Source: an uncultured delta proteobacterium (lineage in GTDB: Bacteria > Myxococcota_A > Polyangia > Polyangiales > Houyiibacteriaceae). From it: DNA of 64,000 nt. The stretch lies in NCBI GenBank assembly GCA_963699755.1, contig CAVOVB010000002.1:32001-96000 (forward strand), given 5' to 3'. Below are positions 1-9,461 of the stretch, one piece after another. The stretch's first letter is position 1; every line of letters starts with the position of its first letter. The position numbers were made by a program, and so were the translations under genes. The notes under the pieces were generated by a model. The model worked only from the letters and a program-made list of their open reading frames with translations. It was not told the DNA's origin and made no database searches.

Positions 1-2
1 GT

Positions 3-575
3 GCGGAGCGCTTCGTGGCCGACGTGCCAAAACCGGTCCCGTTCAGCCCCGCCGTCTGGTGGCTTGGTTTCGGAGGCGACATATTGCTTTCGCCAGGCGG
101 AGTGGCGCCCCTGGCTTTGATCGCGCTCGACGTCGGCTACCGGTTCCATCGTTACTGGTCGGTTCAAGCATTCGCATCCATTCAGCCGTACATGAGACGC
201 CTCGCCACCGACGCGACGGAGACACGCCTACGCCTCGACCAGTTCGGTGCTGCCATCGCCTATCACCCCGTAGTGACCGAGCGGCTCGACCTCGCGCTTG
301 CGGCCCGCGTGGCCGCCGCTCGGCTCGGCGCCAACGGAACGAGCACGGCTCCTACCAACGACCTCGAAAGCCAGCGCGATCAGGTGTGGCTCGCATTCCC
401 GGCGGGGCGCGTCTCGTTGCGGGTCGGGCTCACAGAACGGATTTGGCTCCGAATGCAGGGAGAGGTCGGGGCGATCGTGCCGAAAGCCGTCGTGGCGGCC
501 GGCGCGGGGCGGCTCGCGTCGCTAGGTGTGTTTGCAGCCCAGGCCGGGCTTGCTCTGGAGGTGCACTTCCGATGA
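3..575 (+). CDS. Hypothetical outer-membrane beta-barrel-like protein, 5' partial
   Basis: Frame open from the window start; alternating amphipathic beta-strand pattern; ends GLALEVHFR like an OMP C-terminus; stop overlaps the next ATG (ATGA). Confidence 0.6.
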   Translation, partial: AERFVADVPKPVPFSPAVWWLGFGGDILLSPGGVAPLALIALDVGYRFHRYWSVQAFASIQPYMRRLATDATETRLRLDQFGAAIAYHPVVTERLDLALAARVAAARLGANGTSTAPTNDLESQRDQVWLAFPAGRVSLRVGLTERIWLRMQGEVGAIVPKAVVAAGAGRLASLGVFAAQAGLALEVHFR

Positions 576-787
576 CCTGGCGTTGGATTGGTGTCGTCTT
601 GGGCACACTGTGGATGGTGGGCTGCGGGGAAGCGACGGTTCGCCCTTTTGTCGACAAGTCCGATGCCGGTGTCGACGCGAGCGTCGATGCCGGCGAGGAA
701 GATAGCGGCGGGGAAGATGGCGACGAGGAAGGCGACTTCGACGGTGGCGAGGAAGATGGCGGCGAGGACGACGGGGGTGAGGAATAG
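572..787 (+). CDS. Small lipoprotein with acidic low-complexity tail
   Basis: MTWRWIGVVLGTLWMVGC lipobox followed by a D/E/G-rich tail; ATGA coupling to the upstream gene. Confidence 0.65.
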   Translation: MTWRWIGVVLGTLWMVGCGEATVRPFVDKSDAGVDASVDAGEEDSGGEDGDEEGDFDGGEEDGGEDDGGEE

Positions 788-790
788 AAC

Positions 791-858
791 ACGAAGGGAG
801 CGAGTCCGAGCTCTCCCTTCGTAGCCGCGGGACCCCGTAACGAGCGGACTCGGGTCCC
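791..858. terminator. Double hairpin between convergent genes
   Basis: ACGAAGGGAG...CTCCCTTCGT (791-822) and GGGACCC...GGGTCCC inverted repeats lie between the stops at 787 and 877; no clear U-tract. Confidence 0.5.
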
Positions 859-876
859 TATCCGGGTTTCAGCGGT

Positions 877-1881
877 TCAGTTGTCGAGCGCGCCTTCGTC
901 GATCCACTGAGAGAGGATCACGACGAAGCCCGCGTCGTCGGGGCCGTTGAAGTGATTTCGATTGAGCTGAGGGATGAGCGCAGCCGAGGGATCGGACGAA
1001 TCACCGGGGACCACCAACGGGAAGCCGTCCCCACCCGCCAGGATGTTGGCGTAGCTGTCGAGGTTGACACCTGCGGGGCCACTGCCACCGCTGTGGCACT
1101 GCACGCAGTTCGCCTGGCCCGCTTCGAAGTACGGTTGAATCTCTGCGGCGAACGATACGCCCATCATGGTGCCGCCGGTGCCCGCCGTGCCACCAGTTCC
1201 GCCGCTGCCGGCCATGCCGCCGCTGCCGGCCATGCCGCCGGTTCCCGCCGTGCCGCCGCTGCCGCCCGTGCCGCCCATGCCGCCCGTGCCGCCCGTGCCG
1301 CCCGTGCCGCCCGTGCCGCCCGTGCCGCCTTGATCGCAGTCGCTGTCCTCGTAGTCGTCGTCATCATCATAGTCGCCGTCATCGTGATCGCGGTCGCGGT
1401 CGCGATCGCGGTCGCCATGATGATCGTCGTCGTCATCGTGGCGATCACAGCGATCCTCGTCGCTGTCGCTGTCGCCATCACCGTCGTCGTCTTCATCGCC
1501 ATCGCTGTTGCCATCGGCATCGCTGTCGCCGTAATCGTCCTCGTCATCGTCGTACCGATGCACGCAGTCGAAGCAGGCCTGACGGAGATCTTCACAGAAG
1601 ACCAGATCATCGGTCTTGGTCGAGCAGCGATCATAGAGCGCATCGCAGTGGTCGGAGATCTCGTCGTGGTGGACACCATTGCCGGGGACCGCGTTCATGC
1701 ACTGCATGGCGCCGGCCTTGCACTCCTCGGACGACTTCTCACACGAAGCCAAGTCGTTCTGACAGCGATCGATGCGCTCCTGCACCGTCGCCGCGCTGCC
1801 GCCAACGCCTTCGGAGCCACAGGCAACGAGCAAGCTCATGACGCCGAGCACCGGCAGCCAAATGATGAATCTTGTGGGCAT
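877..1881 (-). CDS. Lipoprotein with Cys-rich helical domain, Asp/His-rich tract, GGT linker and C-terminal PSCyt1-like cytochrome c domain
   Basis: AGGAGG RBS before ATG 1881; LLVAC lipobox; VSFAAEIQPYF...CVQCH...NLDSY...VVPGD...WIDEGA matches the planctomycete cytochrome c pattern. Confidence 0.8.
   Translation of the reverse strand: MPTRFIIWLPVLGVMSLLVACGSEGVGGSAATVQERIDRCQNDLASCEKSSEECKAGAMQCMNAVPGNGVHHDEISDHCDALYDRCSTKTDDLVFCEDLRQACFDCVHRYDDDEDDYGDSDADGNSDGDEDDDGDGDSDSDEDRCDRHDDDDDHHGDRDRDRDRDHDDGDYDDDDDYEDSDCDQGGTGGTGGTGGTGGTGGMGGTGGSGGTAGTGGMAGSGGMAGSGGTGGTAGTGGTMMGVSFAAEIQPYFEAGQANCVQCHSGGSGPAGVNLDSYANILAGGDGFPLVVPGDSSDPSAALIPQLNRNHFNGPDDAGFVVILSQWIDEGALDN
1170..1329. repeat. 9-bp tandem repeats (GCCGCCCGT and variants) encoding a GGT/GGM linker
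   Basis: Visible tandem array inside the cytochrome lipoprotein gene. Confidence 0.85.
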
Positions 1882-2330
1882 GCTATTTTCCTCCTGCGAA
1901 GCCGGCAGCCTGATTGCGCCGCGGTCCACCCTTCTCCAGTGTTCGGTGCGTCCGAGATCGGCTCGCATCTCTACAACTGCGTACAAAAGGGCGATTTTGG
2001 GCACAGCGGACGACGATTCTCTACCGCCCTCGCTCAGGTCCGCGGCCGCGGGCTTCCGCGAACGAGTGTCCTTGAGACCGGGGATCGGGGGCTCTGCCGG
2101 TGAGGCTCGCTTGCACTCAACACGGTTGTCGCGGTCGAGACGGGCGGCCTGCTGGCCGAAGCGGTGGCCTACATCGGCAAAGGGATGACCATTCCGCGCA
2201 AGGTGAGCGCCGATGTTATCACCGTGTTCGCGCTCTCGTTTGCATTCTTCTGGGGCGCGCCTGGAGTTGGCGCGCGTCGATGGACGGTCAAGCGCTTACA
2301 CCAGCCCGAACTTGTCAGTGACCAAATAGT

Positions 2331-2489
2331 CAACGCGCCGACACCGAAGCGCTTCGCACATGGACCAATCGAATTGCGCTCCGGCGAGGCAAGCGCATCG
2401 CAGCGGTCGCGTTGGCGCGAAAGCTCGCGGGCATCTTGTTTGCGATGTGGCGCGATGGCACCGGCTGTCGAGCGCGAACAGAAGGATGA
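2331..2489 (+). pseudogene. IS110-family transposase C-terminal remnant
   Basis: Frame +3 reads ALRTWTNRIALRRGKRIAAVALARKLAGILFAMWRDGT, the typical IS110 C-terminus; no start codon, and an in-frame stop lies at 2319-2321. Confidence 0.75.
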
Positions 2490-2684
2490 CGACCATCTCG
2501 CCACGACGAGTCAACAACGACAAACTTTGAACTTGACCGGGGACACCGCTTCACAGAAGGGACCAAAGCGCAGGGCGAACAGGGCGACTGCAGGGTACGA
2601 GAGTAAGAGGTCGGACTGCATGTCTTCCAAAGCGATACGCAGCAAACCGAGTGTCCACGTAGGGTTAGCGTATCGCTGACAGCA

Positions 2685-2710
2685 GGGTTCGATTCCCACC
2701 GCCTCCACCA
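2685..2710 (+). mobile_element. Isolated tmRNA (ssrA) 3'-end fragment, putative attachment-site duplication
   Basis: GGGTTCGATTCCCACCGCCTCCACCA equals the tmRNA T-loop, acceptor strand and CCA; the 5' side of the T-stem is broken and no tmRNA 5' end is seen upstream. Confidence 0.7.
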
Positions 2711-3171
2711 AAGCTCGAGCGGCCGGCATCATTCGCTGGGCTCCTCTCGATCTTCTTAGCCGGTCTGATGACTAGACCCCCGGCACGCTGCGCAGCAAGA
2801 GGATGGCGCAGGCGATTACGAGGAATGACACCAAGATGAGCGCCATCTCCAGCAGAGCCATGCGAAACTGTTCACGCTTCATCTGGATATATTGGAGCGC
2901 CTCCGTGGTGAAGAGCAGGCATCGAAGCTTCTCGAATGGATTCGACGAAAGGACGAGGTGTTCAACGAGGAGCTTCGGGATTGTCTGTTTAGCGAGAGGA
3001 GTATTGCGAGCCTCGAGGAGGAGCGCCACGATTGCTCTCGCGATCGCCGTTGCTAGACGGTCTCCGCCAGGTGTCAGCTCTGTGACCTCCAGCGCCAAGG
3101 GCGCGCTGAAGAGATGAAGAGATGACGGTACTCGGTTGGATCGTCGTTGGATCTCAGAGCGGTCCCGTAGC

Positions 3172-3822
3172 CTAAGGGAGAGTCGTCGGCGTGAGCTTCC
3201 ATCGCGTCTCCAAGCTGCTTCCCTCTCCGAGACGCGCTTGGAGAGCGGAGCGCACCCGCTCCAAGATTTCGGGGTCGCGATGGAGCAAGTACGTGATGTC
3301 GGCGCCGGTGAGCATTGCACCGAGCTCGAAGGCGAGTTGCTCGGGTGGGTCCTCCGGACGGAGCTGGCCGAGCTCTGCAGCGCGGGTCGCGCTCTGCCTG
3401 AGCAGTGAAGCCCACTGCTTCTGATCCATGGCCACGCGATCGCGGATCGGCCCGGGGCGACCGCCGACTTCGGACGCCACCGAAGCAAAGAAGCATCCGC
3501 TCGGCCACTCCCGAAAGGCGATGTGATCCAAGTAGCCCTCGCAAAGCGCGCGCAGTCTCGGCGCACCTTCGGGAGCAGCAAGCGCAGGCATCACCACCTC
3601 GCGCGTGAAGACCTCTCGCGCTTTGTCGATGATCGCGAACTGCAGGTCTTCTTTGGAGCCGAAGAGCCCAAAGAGCCCGCTCTTGCTCAGCCCTGCGGCC
3701 TTGGCGAGGCGTGATAGCGAGAGCCGCTCGAGCCCTTCGATCGCTGCCAGTCGTATCGCCGCCTCGAGGACGCGGTCCCGCGACTTCTCACCATCGATTC
3801 GTATGCGTTTGGATGAGGTCAT
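3172..3822 (-). CDS. TetR/AcrR family transcriptional regulator
   Basis: N-terminal HTH RVLEAAIRLAAIEGLERLSLSRLAKAAGLSKSGLFGLFGSKEDL; GCFF motif in the C-terminal domain; divergent from the OsmC gene. Confidence 0.92.
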   Translation of the reverse strand: MTSSKRIRIDGEKSRDRVLEAAIRLAAIEGLERLSLSRLAKAAGLSKSGLFGLFGSKEDLQFAIIDKAREVFTREVVMPALAAPEGAPRLRALCEGYLDHIAFREWPSGCFFASVASEVGGRPGPIRDRVAMDQKQWASLLRQSATRAAELGQLRPEDPPEQLAFELGAMLTGADITYLLHRDPEILERVRSALQARLGEGSSLETRWKLTPTTLP

Positions 3823-3830
3823 GTTCCTTC

Positions 3831-3883
3831 TTGACTCTTAGCACGCACGGTCGTACGGTCTAGTTAATGCGCACGATCGTGCG
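3831..3883 (+). promoter_or_regulatory. Sigma70-like promoter overlapped by two palindromic TetR operators
   Basis: TTGACT(3831)-17 nt-TACGGT(3854); CGCACGGTCGTACG (3844-3857) and perfect palindrome CGCACGATCGTGCG (3870-3883). Confidence 0.7.
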
Positions 3884-3903
3884 ATCTAAAAAGGAGCAGA
3901 CCC

Positions 3904-4440
3904 ATGAAGAACCCCAATTCCCTTGTCGCCCGCCGCCAAGAGCCCCTCGGCCCGCTGTATCGAGAGGATCCGGCCAAGGCGCTCTCTTATAAGGAGGTGC
4001 GCACGCTCTACACGGGCACGACCGATGCCATCCATGGCAGGGTCGCTCCGACTGGATTCCCAGCCATCTCCTGGGATTACGGGATCGATGACAAGGTGGG
4101 AGGCTTCGACGACCTCCCCAATCCAGGACATCTGCTCTGCGCGGCGCTTGCGGCCTGCATGGACAGCACGGTGCGAATGATTGCCGATCGACTCGGCGCG
4201 CGCATCGAACGGCTCGAAGTCGAGGTCAACGGCGACGCGGACGTCCGAGGTTGTCTCGCGATGAGCCGTTCGGTCCGGCCGGGGTTTCGTCAGATGCAGT
4301 GCCGTCTCGCATTGGAGCTCGATCCCGGGGTGGACCCCCAGGTCGGCGCGATGCTCATCCAACAGGCGGAGAAGCTTTGCGTAACACTCGACACCCTTCG
4401 CAAAGGCACCCCGATCGCGGTGAGCTTCGAGACACCATGA
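3904..4440 (+). CDS. OsmC/Ohr family protein
   Basis: AAGGAG RBS; GG...PNPGHLLCAALAAC and AEKLCVTLDTL conserved Cys pair. Confidence 0.88.
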   Translation: MKNPNSLVARRQEPLGPLYREDPAKALSYKEVRTLYTGTTDAIHGRVAPTGFPAISWDYGIDDKVGGFDDLPNPGHLLCAALAACMDSTVRMIADRLGARIERLEVEVNGDADVRGCLAMSRSVRPGFRQMQCRLALELDPGVDPQVGAMLIQQAEKLCVTLDTLRKGTPIAVSFETP

Positions 4441-4865
4441 CCATGTCTATTCCCGTCTGGGTGCTGCTCGCGTTCGCGATTTGGTCGATGCTAGTTCTGA
4501 TTTTCACCATCGGCACCTACCGCTGGGGTCTGATCTTCGCCGGCCGGGCCCAAGTCCACGAGTTCCGCGCCGATCAGATCGAAGGTTCAGATCGGTACCG
4601 CCGAGCGATGCGCGCCCACCTGAACTGCCTCGAAAATCTGCCAATCTATGGCGCGATCGTTCTGGTCATCGTCGTCAGCGGCGCACAGAGCGCTGCATTG
4701 GACGGGTTGGCGCTCACGCTGATCGGGGCCCGAATCGCGCAGACCTTGATTCACGTTTCGAGGGAGCAGACCAGCCCTCTCGCCTATCTGCGCTTTGGCT
4801 TTTTCTTCGTTCAGCTGATCTGCATGTTCTCGATGACGGCTCTCGTCGTACAGCAAGCCATCTAG
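4437..4865 (+). CDS. MAPEG family membrane protein
   Basis: ATGA overlap with the OsmC gene; RAMRAHLNCLENLPIY and ARIAQTLIH motifs; several TM segments. Confidence 0.85.
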   Translation: MTMSIPVWVLLAFAIWSMLVLIFTIGTYRWGLIFAGRAQVHEFRADQIEGSDRYRRAMRAHLNCLENLPIYGAIVLVIVVSGAQSAALDGLALTLIGARIAQTLIHVSREQTSPLAYLRFGFFFVQLICMFSMTALVVQQAI

Positions 4866-5562
4866 TCGGGCCGGCTTCGGCTACGCTTGTTCTTCTGCCT
4901 TGCGCAAATTGATACCTCGGGCTGATGCCGCAGGAGCGCAGCAGCCGCCAAACGCAACGCCGCGGGTAAATCAGCGAGGCGGGGAACCGGCGAATGCGTG
5001 CACTCTTGGTGGGGACACGCTGCATAACCCAGTACGATCAAGGAGACCTGAGACCCACGTTTAGCCGCGATGAGTCCAGATTGTCGTGGCCGAGCGCATT
5101 ACAGAAGCGCATTACAGAAGCGACTAGAGCACAAGGCAAACAGCGGGATTCCAGGCTACCTCGGGGTACCTGAGCAAGAGCGTGCGTTGCATGCCATCGA
5201 GACGATTTCATCATTCCCGATCGTCGAACCCTCGCCCACTCACAACCCGGCGAGGCCTTGTAGCCTTTGGAACACTCGACGATCGGGCGGGACGGGCGCT
5301 GCCCGATACGGTGCGACCTCGACTGCTCGAGCTAGTCGCCGGCTCCGGAAGGCCCCACTAGTCCCCGCTCCCGGAGGGCGAGGCAGATTACGGAATCGTC
5401 AACGAGGGTTGCGCCACGCTTGTTCATGTAGAAAAATGTAACCGTAACGGAAAAATTCGAGCGCCTTGGTTCTTGCGAGGCAAGCAATAGCCCGCCACTT
5501 GGGACGTCGCTGTGAGAGCCCCGGGTGAACCCAATCGCTTTTTTTGGACAAGACAAAGCCCA

Positions 5563-6294
5563 ATGAAAATGTATCGCATAGCTCTGATTCTTCTCACGTT
5601 TAGCTCGGGATGCGTCTTGGAAGCGCACTCGCTGGATGTCGGCGGTGGCGGTCTGAGTGAGGACTCCGGTGTCGAAGACGCTAGCGTGGGTATCCCTGTC
5701 GATCAGATCGCCGGCAACGGTAGCAGCACGGAGGAGGTGGGCCTCGAATGCACCCCCGCGACGGAAACCAGCGAGTGCGGGGGCAACAGTTGCGATCCGA
5801 ACACGATGCAATGTAGCGCGTTCGTGCGAGACAGCCGCCTCACCTGTGAGAGCTGTGTAAGCGATAGCGACTGCAAGGACTCCGATCATCGTTGCGTCGA
5901 GATGAGGTACATGAGCTCACCCTTCCCGGATGCCCACACGGGTTTTTGTCTAGAGATCGCCAAGCCGGTCTCCGAGGGAGCGACATCCGGATACGACTGC
6001 GCACCCCCGTACGTAACGGTGCTCACCGATCGCAGAAGTCTTTCCGGCGGCGAGCTCGGGAGCTATTGCGGCATCGAGGAGAGCCTCACTACCTGCCCCG
6101 CGGTGAATGCATACCGAGAAGCGTGGCCATGCGCGGGGCGCGGCGACGTCGCATGCCCGACTGGAGGGTTCTGCGACTGGGTCAGGACCGACACCGACGG
6201 GTGGAGGGAGCTCTGCACCTATGCCTGCGACGACGCTTCGGAGTGTGACGGACCCGGTCAGGAAACTTGCGGGAAGGGCTACTGCGGCTGGTGA
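5563..6294 (+). CDS. Cys-rich secreted lipoprotein
   Basis: MKMYRIALILLTFSSGC lipobox; many Cys in CxxDxxC-type disulfide repeats. Confidence 0.75.
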   Translation: MKMYRIALILLTFSSGCVLEAHSLDVGGGGLSEDSGVEDASVGIPVDQIAGNGSSTEEVGLECTPATETSECGGNSCDPNTMQCSAFVRDSRLTCESCVSDSDCKDSDHRCVEMRYMSSPFPDAHTGFCLEIAKPVSEGATSGYDCAPPYVTVLTDRRSLSGGELGSYCGIEESLTTCPAVNAYREAWPCAGRGDVACPTGGFCDWVRTDTDGWRELCTYACDDASECDGPGQETCGKGYCGW

Positions 6295-6617
6295 GCATGC
6301 AGGCCGCCGCGCGCAAGAGCTCGGTCGCGGCTCCATCGGTTCATGAATTACTACTCGCTTGAAAAAGTGCGATAGCGATGCACTCATCCTTACGTTCGAT
6401 CGAATTACGATCGGGTTGGGTACCGTGCCAGGCTGCGTATCCCGACGCATGAACGAAAAGCCGGCAGCGATCTCCGTTCGAGACGTCTTCAATTGTCTCA
6501 CTTTTTCGAACCGTCGATCTATGTATCGTGGTGTAATCGCCGTCCTCCGCAGAGCCTGATCGCGGAGTTTCATCCGAGCGCTCCCCGAGGAGAGCTCGAC
6601 CCGACAGGGAGGCGGCT

Positions 6618-8888
6618 ATGTTGGATTTTGGTAAACCTCTTTCGCGAGCGCGATGCGCTTGCATGAGTTTCGGAGTCACGCTGTCCATGGGACTGCTGTT
6701 TGTGTTGCAACCCGCGCCGGCGGTCGCGCAGCACGGTGGCAACCCACAGCTGATGCCCACTTCGTCATTGGATCCGACCAGCATCGACAAGTATGTCGAC
6801 CCGCTCGTGATTCCACCGGTGATCCCGAGGACCAGCAAGATCAGCGTCAAGGGCGGCAAGAACATCGACTACTACGAGATCGCCGTACGGCAATTCCAAC
6901 AGCAGATCTTACCGACGGGAATGCCGTCGACCACGGTCTGGAGCTACGGCGCCGTCGGAGCTCCAGCGAGCTTCAACTATCCAGCTTTCACCATCGAAGC
7001 CAAATGGCAGAAGCCAGTCCGCGTGAAGTGGGTCAATGAGCTGGTTCAGGATCCGATCGACTGCTTCTACACGCCTGGTGGCCCCGTCAACGCAAGCTCC
7101 TGCAACTATCTCCCCCACTTACTGCCAGTCGACCAGACCTTGCATTGGGCAAATCCCGCAGCGGCAACGCTTTGCAAGAACGGACAATCGGGCACCGACT
7201 GCCGAACCAACGATCCTCAGAGCTACACCGGCCCGGTGCCGATGATCGTGCACGTGCATGGCGCCGAAACCTACGAGTGGTCGGACGGTTACCCCGAGGC
7301 ATGGTACCTCCCGGCCGCGAACAATCTGAATGGCGAGTTTGCGCTCGGTGGTTCCTTCTTCAACGTGTTCAATATCGGAGCCAACAGCTTCTTCGCCAAT
7401 GATGGAAAGAAGGCGCCGAATGCCGCCTGGGGAAATGGCAGCGCGACCTTCCAATATCCGAACGATCAGGAGGCGACCACGCTCTGGTACCACGATCACA
7501 CGCTCGGGATGACCCGCCTCAACGTCTACGCGGGGCCCGCCGGCTTTTACATCCTGCGCGGCGGTCCCGGCGACGCGGTCATCGGCAGCCTGCCAGGGCC
7601 CGCGCCCGCGCTCGGCGACCCACCGGGCCTCGATTACTACGAGATCCCGATCGTCATTCAGGATCGATCCTTCAACGCGGACGGGTCGCTCTTCTATCCG
7701 GACAACCGAGCATTCTTCGAGGGCCTCTACCCTTATCCAACACCGCCCTACCTCGACATTCCTTTCATTCCGGATCTTGCCGTCGACGGTGGCCAAAGCG
7801 ACGTGTCGCCCATCTGGAACCCCGAATTCTTTGGAAACACCCTCGTCACCAACGGCAAAACCTGGCCGTACCTGAGCACCGAGCCGCGCCGATACCGCTT
7901 CCGCTTCCTCAACGGCAGCCAGTCGCGGTTCCTCATCCTGCGGCTCATCACCGCCACCAATCCGGACGACCCGACAACCTGGGTCCAGGTGCCAGGTGCG
8001 TTTTGGCAGGTCGGCGCCGAGCAGGGCTTCTTGCCCACCCCCGTGCAACTCGACGAGCTTTTGATGGGTCCTGCTGAACGCGCCGACACCATCATGGACT
8101 TCAGCGCGATCACGGTGCCTGCTGGATCTGGCCTGTACCTGGTCAACGTCGCGCCGGACGATCCTTTTGGCGGCGGTGTTCTCGGGGTTGATTTCGATGC
8201 CGCGGATCCAACGACGACCGGGCAAGTCATGGAGTTCCGGACGGTGCCGCTCAAGGGCGTCGATGCGAGCACGCCACCGGCTCAGCTCGTTCTGCCAGCG
8301 CCACCGGTCTTACCTGCAGCAACCCAGGCGACCCGCACGATTACGCTCAACGAGGAAGAGTCGGCGACGGTCTGTGTCGTCGAAGACATGGACGGGAACC
8401 TGGTCGAGATCGACTGCGCGAATCCTGCAGCCGAGGCTTTCGGCCCGACCGAGGCCTTACTCGGCCAGCTAAACGCCGACGGCACGTCGACCCCGCTCGC
8501 CTGGTCCGATGCAACGTCGGAAAACGTCGCACTTGGTAACACGGAGGTCTGGGAGATCTATAACTTCACCGCGGATGCCCATCCTATCCACATCCATCTG
8601 GTGCAGTTCCAAGTCGTTGACCGTCAAGGACTCGCCACGGATGACGAAGGGATGGCAACTCAGCCGGCGCAGTTGGAGGGTGTCCCCCGGGGCCCCGAGG
8701 TCTGGGAAACCGGCTACAAAGACACGGTGATCGCCTATCCCGGCGAAGTCACCCGCGTGAAGGCTAGCTTCCCACTCGACGGCTTGTTCGTGTGGCACTG
8801 CCACATCCTCGAACACGAGGATAACGAGATGATGAGGCCATATTGCGTAGGCGACACTCCCGCCTGCCAGCAGCACAACGGCAACTAG
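6618..8888 (+). CDS. Secreted multicopper oxidase (CotA/bilirubin oxidase-like)
   Basis: Copper motifs HVHG, WYHDH, HPIHIH and HCHILEHEDNEMM; signal peptide ending AVA; GGAGG RBS. Confidence 0.95.
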   Translation: MLDFGKPLSRARCACMSFGVTLSMGLLFVLQPAPAVAQHGGNPQLMPTSSLDPTSIDKYVDPLVIPPVIPRTSKISVKGGKNIDYYEIAVRQFQQQILPTGMPSTTVWSYGAVGAPASFNYPAFTIEAKWQKPVRVKWVNELVQDPIDCFYTPGGPVNASSCNYLPHLLPVDQTLHWANPAAATLCKNGQSGTDCRTNDPQSYTGPVPMIVHVHGAETYEWSDGYPEAWYLPAANNLNGEFALGGSFFNVFNIGANSFFANDGKKAPNAAWGNGSATFQYPNDQEATTLWYHDHTLGMTRLNVYAGPAGFYILRGGPGDAVIGSLPGPAPALGDPPGLDYYEIPIVIQDRSFNADGSLFYPDNRAFFEGLYPYPTPPYLDIPFIPDLAVDGGQSDVSPIWNPEFFGNTLVTNGKTWPYLSTEPRRYRFRFLNGSQSRFLILRLITATNPDDPTTWVQVPGAFWQVGAEQGFLPTPVQLDELLMGPAERADTIMDFSAITVPAGSGLYLVNVAPDDPFGGGVLGVDFDAADPTTTGQVMEFRTVPLKGVDASTPPAQLVLPAPPVLPAATQATRTITLNEEESATVCVVEDMDGNLVEIDCANPAAEAFGPTEALLGQLNADGTSTPLAWSDATSENVALGNTEVWEIYNFTADAHPIHIHLVQFQVVDRQGLATDDEGMATQPAQLEGVPRGPEVWETGYKDTVIAYPGEVTRVKASFPLDGLFVWHCHILEHEDNEMMRPYCVGDTPACQQHNGN

Positions 8889-8909
8889 CGAAGGACCTCT
8901 GCTTGCCTA

Positions 8910-8940
8910 TGGTGGCCCGCCCCTCGGGTGCGGGCTACCA
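8910..8940 (+). terminator. GC-rich hairpin after the multicopper oxidase
   Basis: TGGTGGCCCGC...GCGGGCTACCA stem about 20 nt after the stop; no U-tract. Confidence 0.45.
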
Positions 8941-9085
8941 CAGGGAGGTCGTTTGTGGAGAGCGCTGACCGGTGAGGAAATCTCCACGGCGCTCGGCGCG
9001 ACGCAGCCGTCTCCTTATCCGCTTCAAGAAGCTCGATTTGGGGTCAGCTCCATCGATACCGCAAGATGTACTGATGGGGGTTGCG

Positions 9086-9415
9086 ATGAAAGCATGGAGA
9101 ATGTTCGGGCTTGCGCTGCTGATGCTCAGCGGCTGCGGTGATTCGAAGACAGGAGACGCTCGGACGGCGGGGCAGGTTTGTGACGAAATCTGCGGCTGGC
9201 CGGACGCGTGTTTCGTGCAGCTGGGTGTTCCTGTGCAGGGGGCGGAGTGCGTGCAGAGCTGCGAGGCGCAGGCGGACTTCGTCGGCCTCGACTGCCTGAG
9301 AGCCATCTCGGATACGGTCAATTGTCTTGGCACCTGCGACCTCGAGTCACTGACCGATCAGCAGATACTCAACTGTCAGAGCGTGGCGCTCACCATCGAC
9401 TCGGCTTGCGAGTAG
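9086..9415 (+). CDS. Small Cys-rich lipoprotein
   Basis: MKAWRMFGLALLMLSGC lipobox; CxxxC helical-hairpin spacing. Confidence 0.72.
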   Translation: MKAWRMFGLALLMLSGCGDSKTGDARTAGQVCDEICGWPDACFVQLGVPVQGAECVQSCEAQADFVGLDCLRAISDTVNCLGTCDLESLTDQQILNCQSVALTIDSACE

Positions 9416-9461
9416 CCGATACCTTGCGTTCGCGCTCGCTCCGAGCGATGGAGCGACGTGC

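Noticed and set aside
1170..1329. CRISPR-like array (also 14147-14251)
   Set aside because: Contiguous in-frame tandem repeats without unique spacers; no cas genes.
952..2103. 383-aa plus-strand ORF rich in Ala/Val/Ile
   Set aside because: Antisense shadow of the low-complexity cytochrome lipoprotein, which has the RBS, lipobox and heme motif.
2350..2710. Intact tmRNA or tRNA-Ala gene
   Set aside because: Only the last 26 nt match; the T-stem is incomplete, no matching 5' end is seen, and the upstream sequence is IS110-like.
2772..3581. 269-aa minus-strand ORF
   Set aside because: Mostly overlaps tetR in another frame; only a short hydrophobic tail might be real, and it cannot be supported.
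5020..5066. Integron attC site (GCATAAC...GTTTAGC)
   Set aside because: Core sites are imperfect, there is no convincing internal dyad, and no integrase or other attC is present.
6295..6617. Riboswitch upstream of the multicopper oxidase
   Set aside because: Some hairpins, but no recognisable conserved riboswitch motif.
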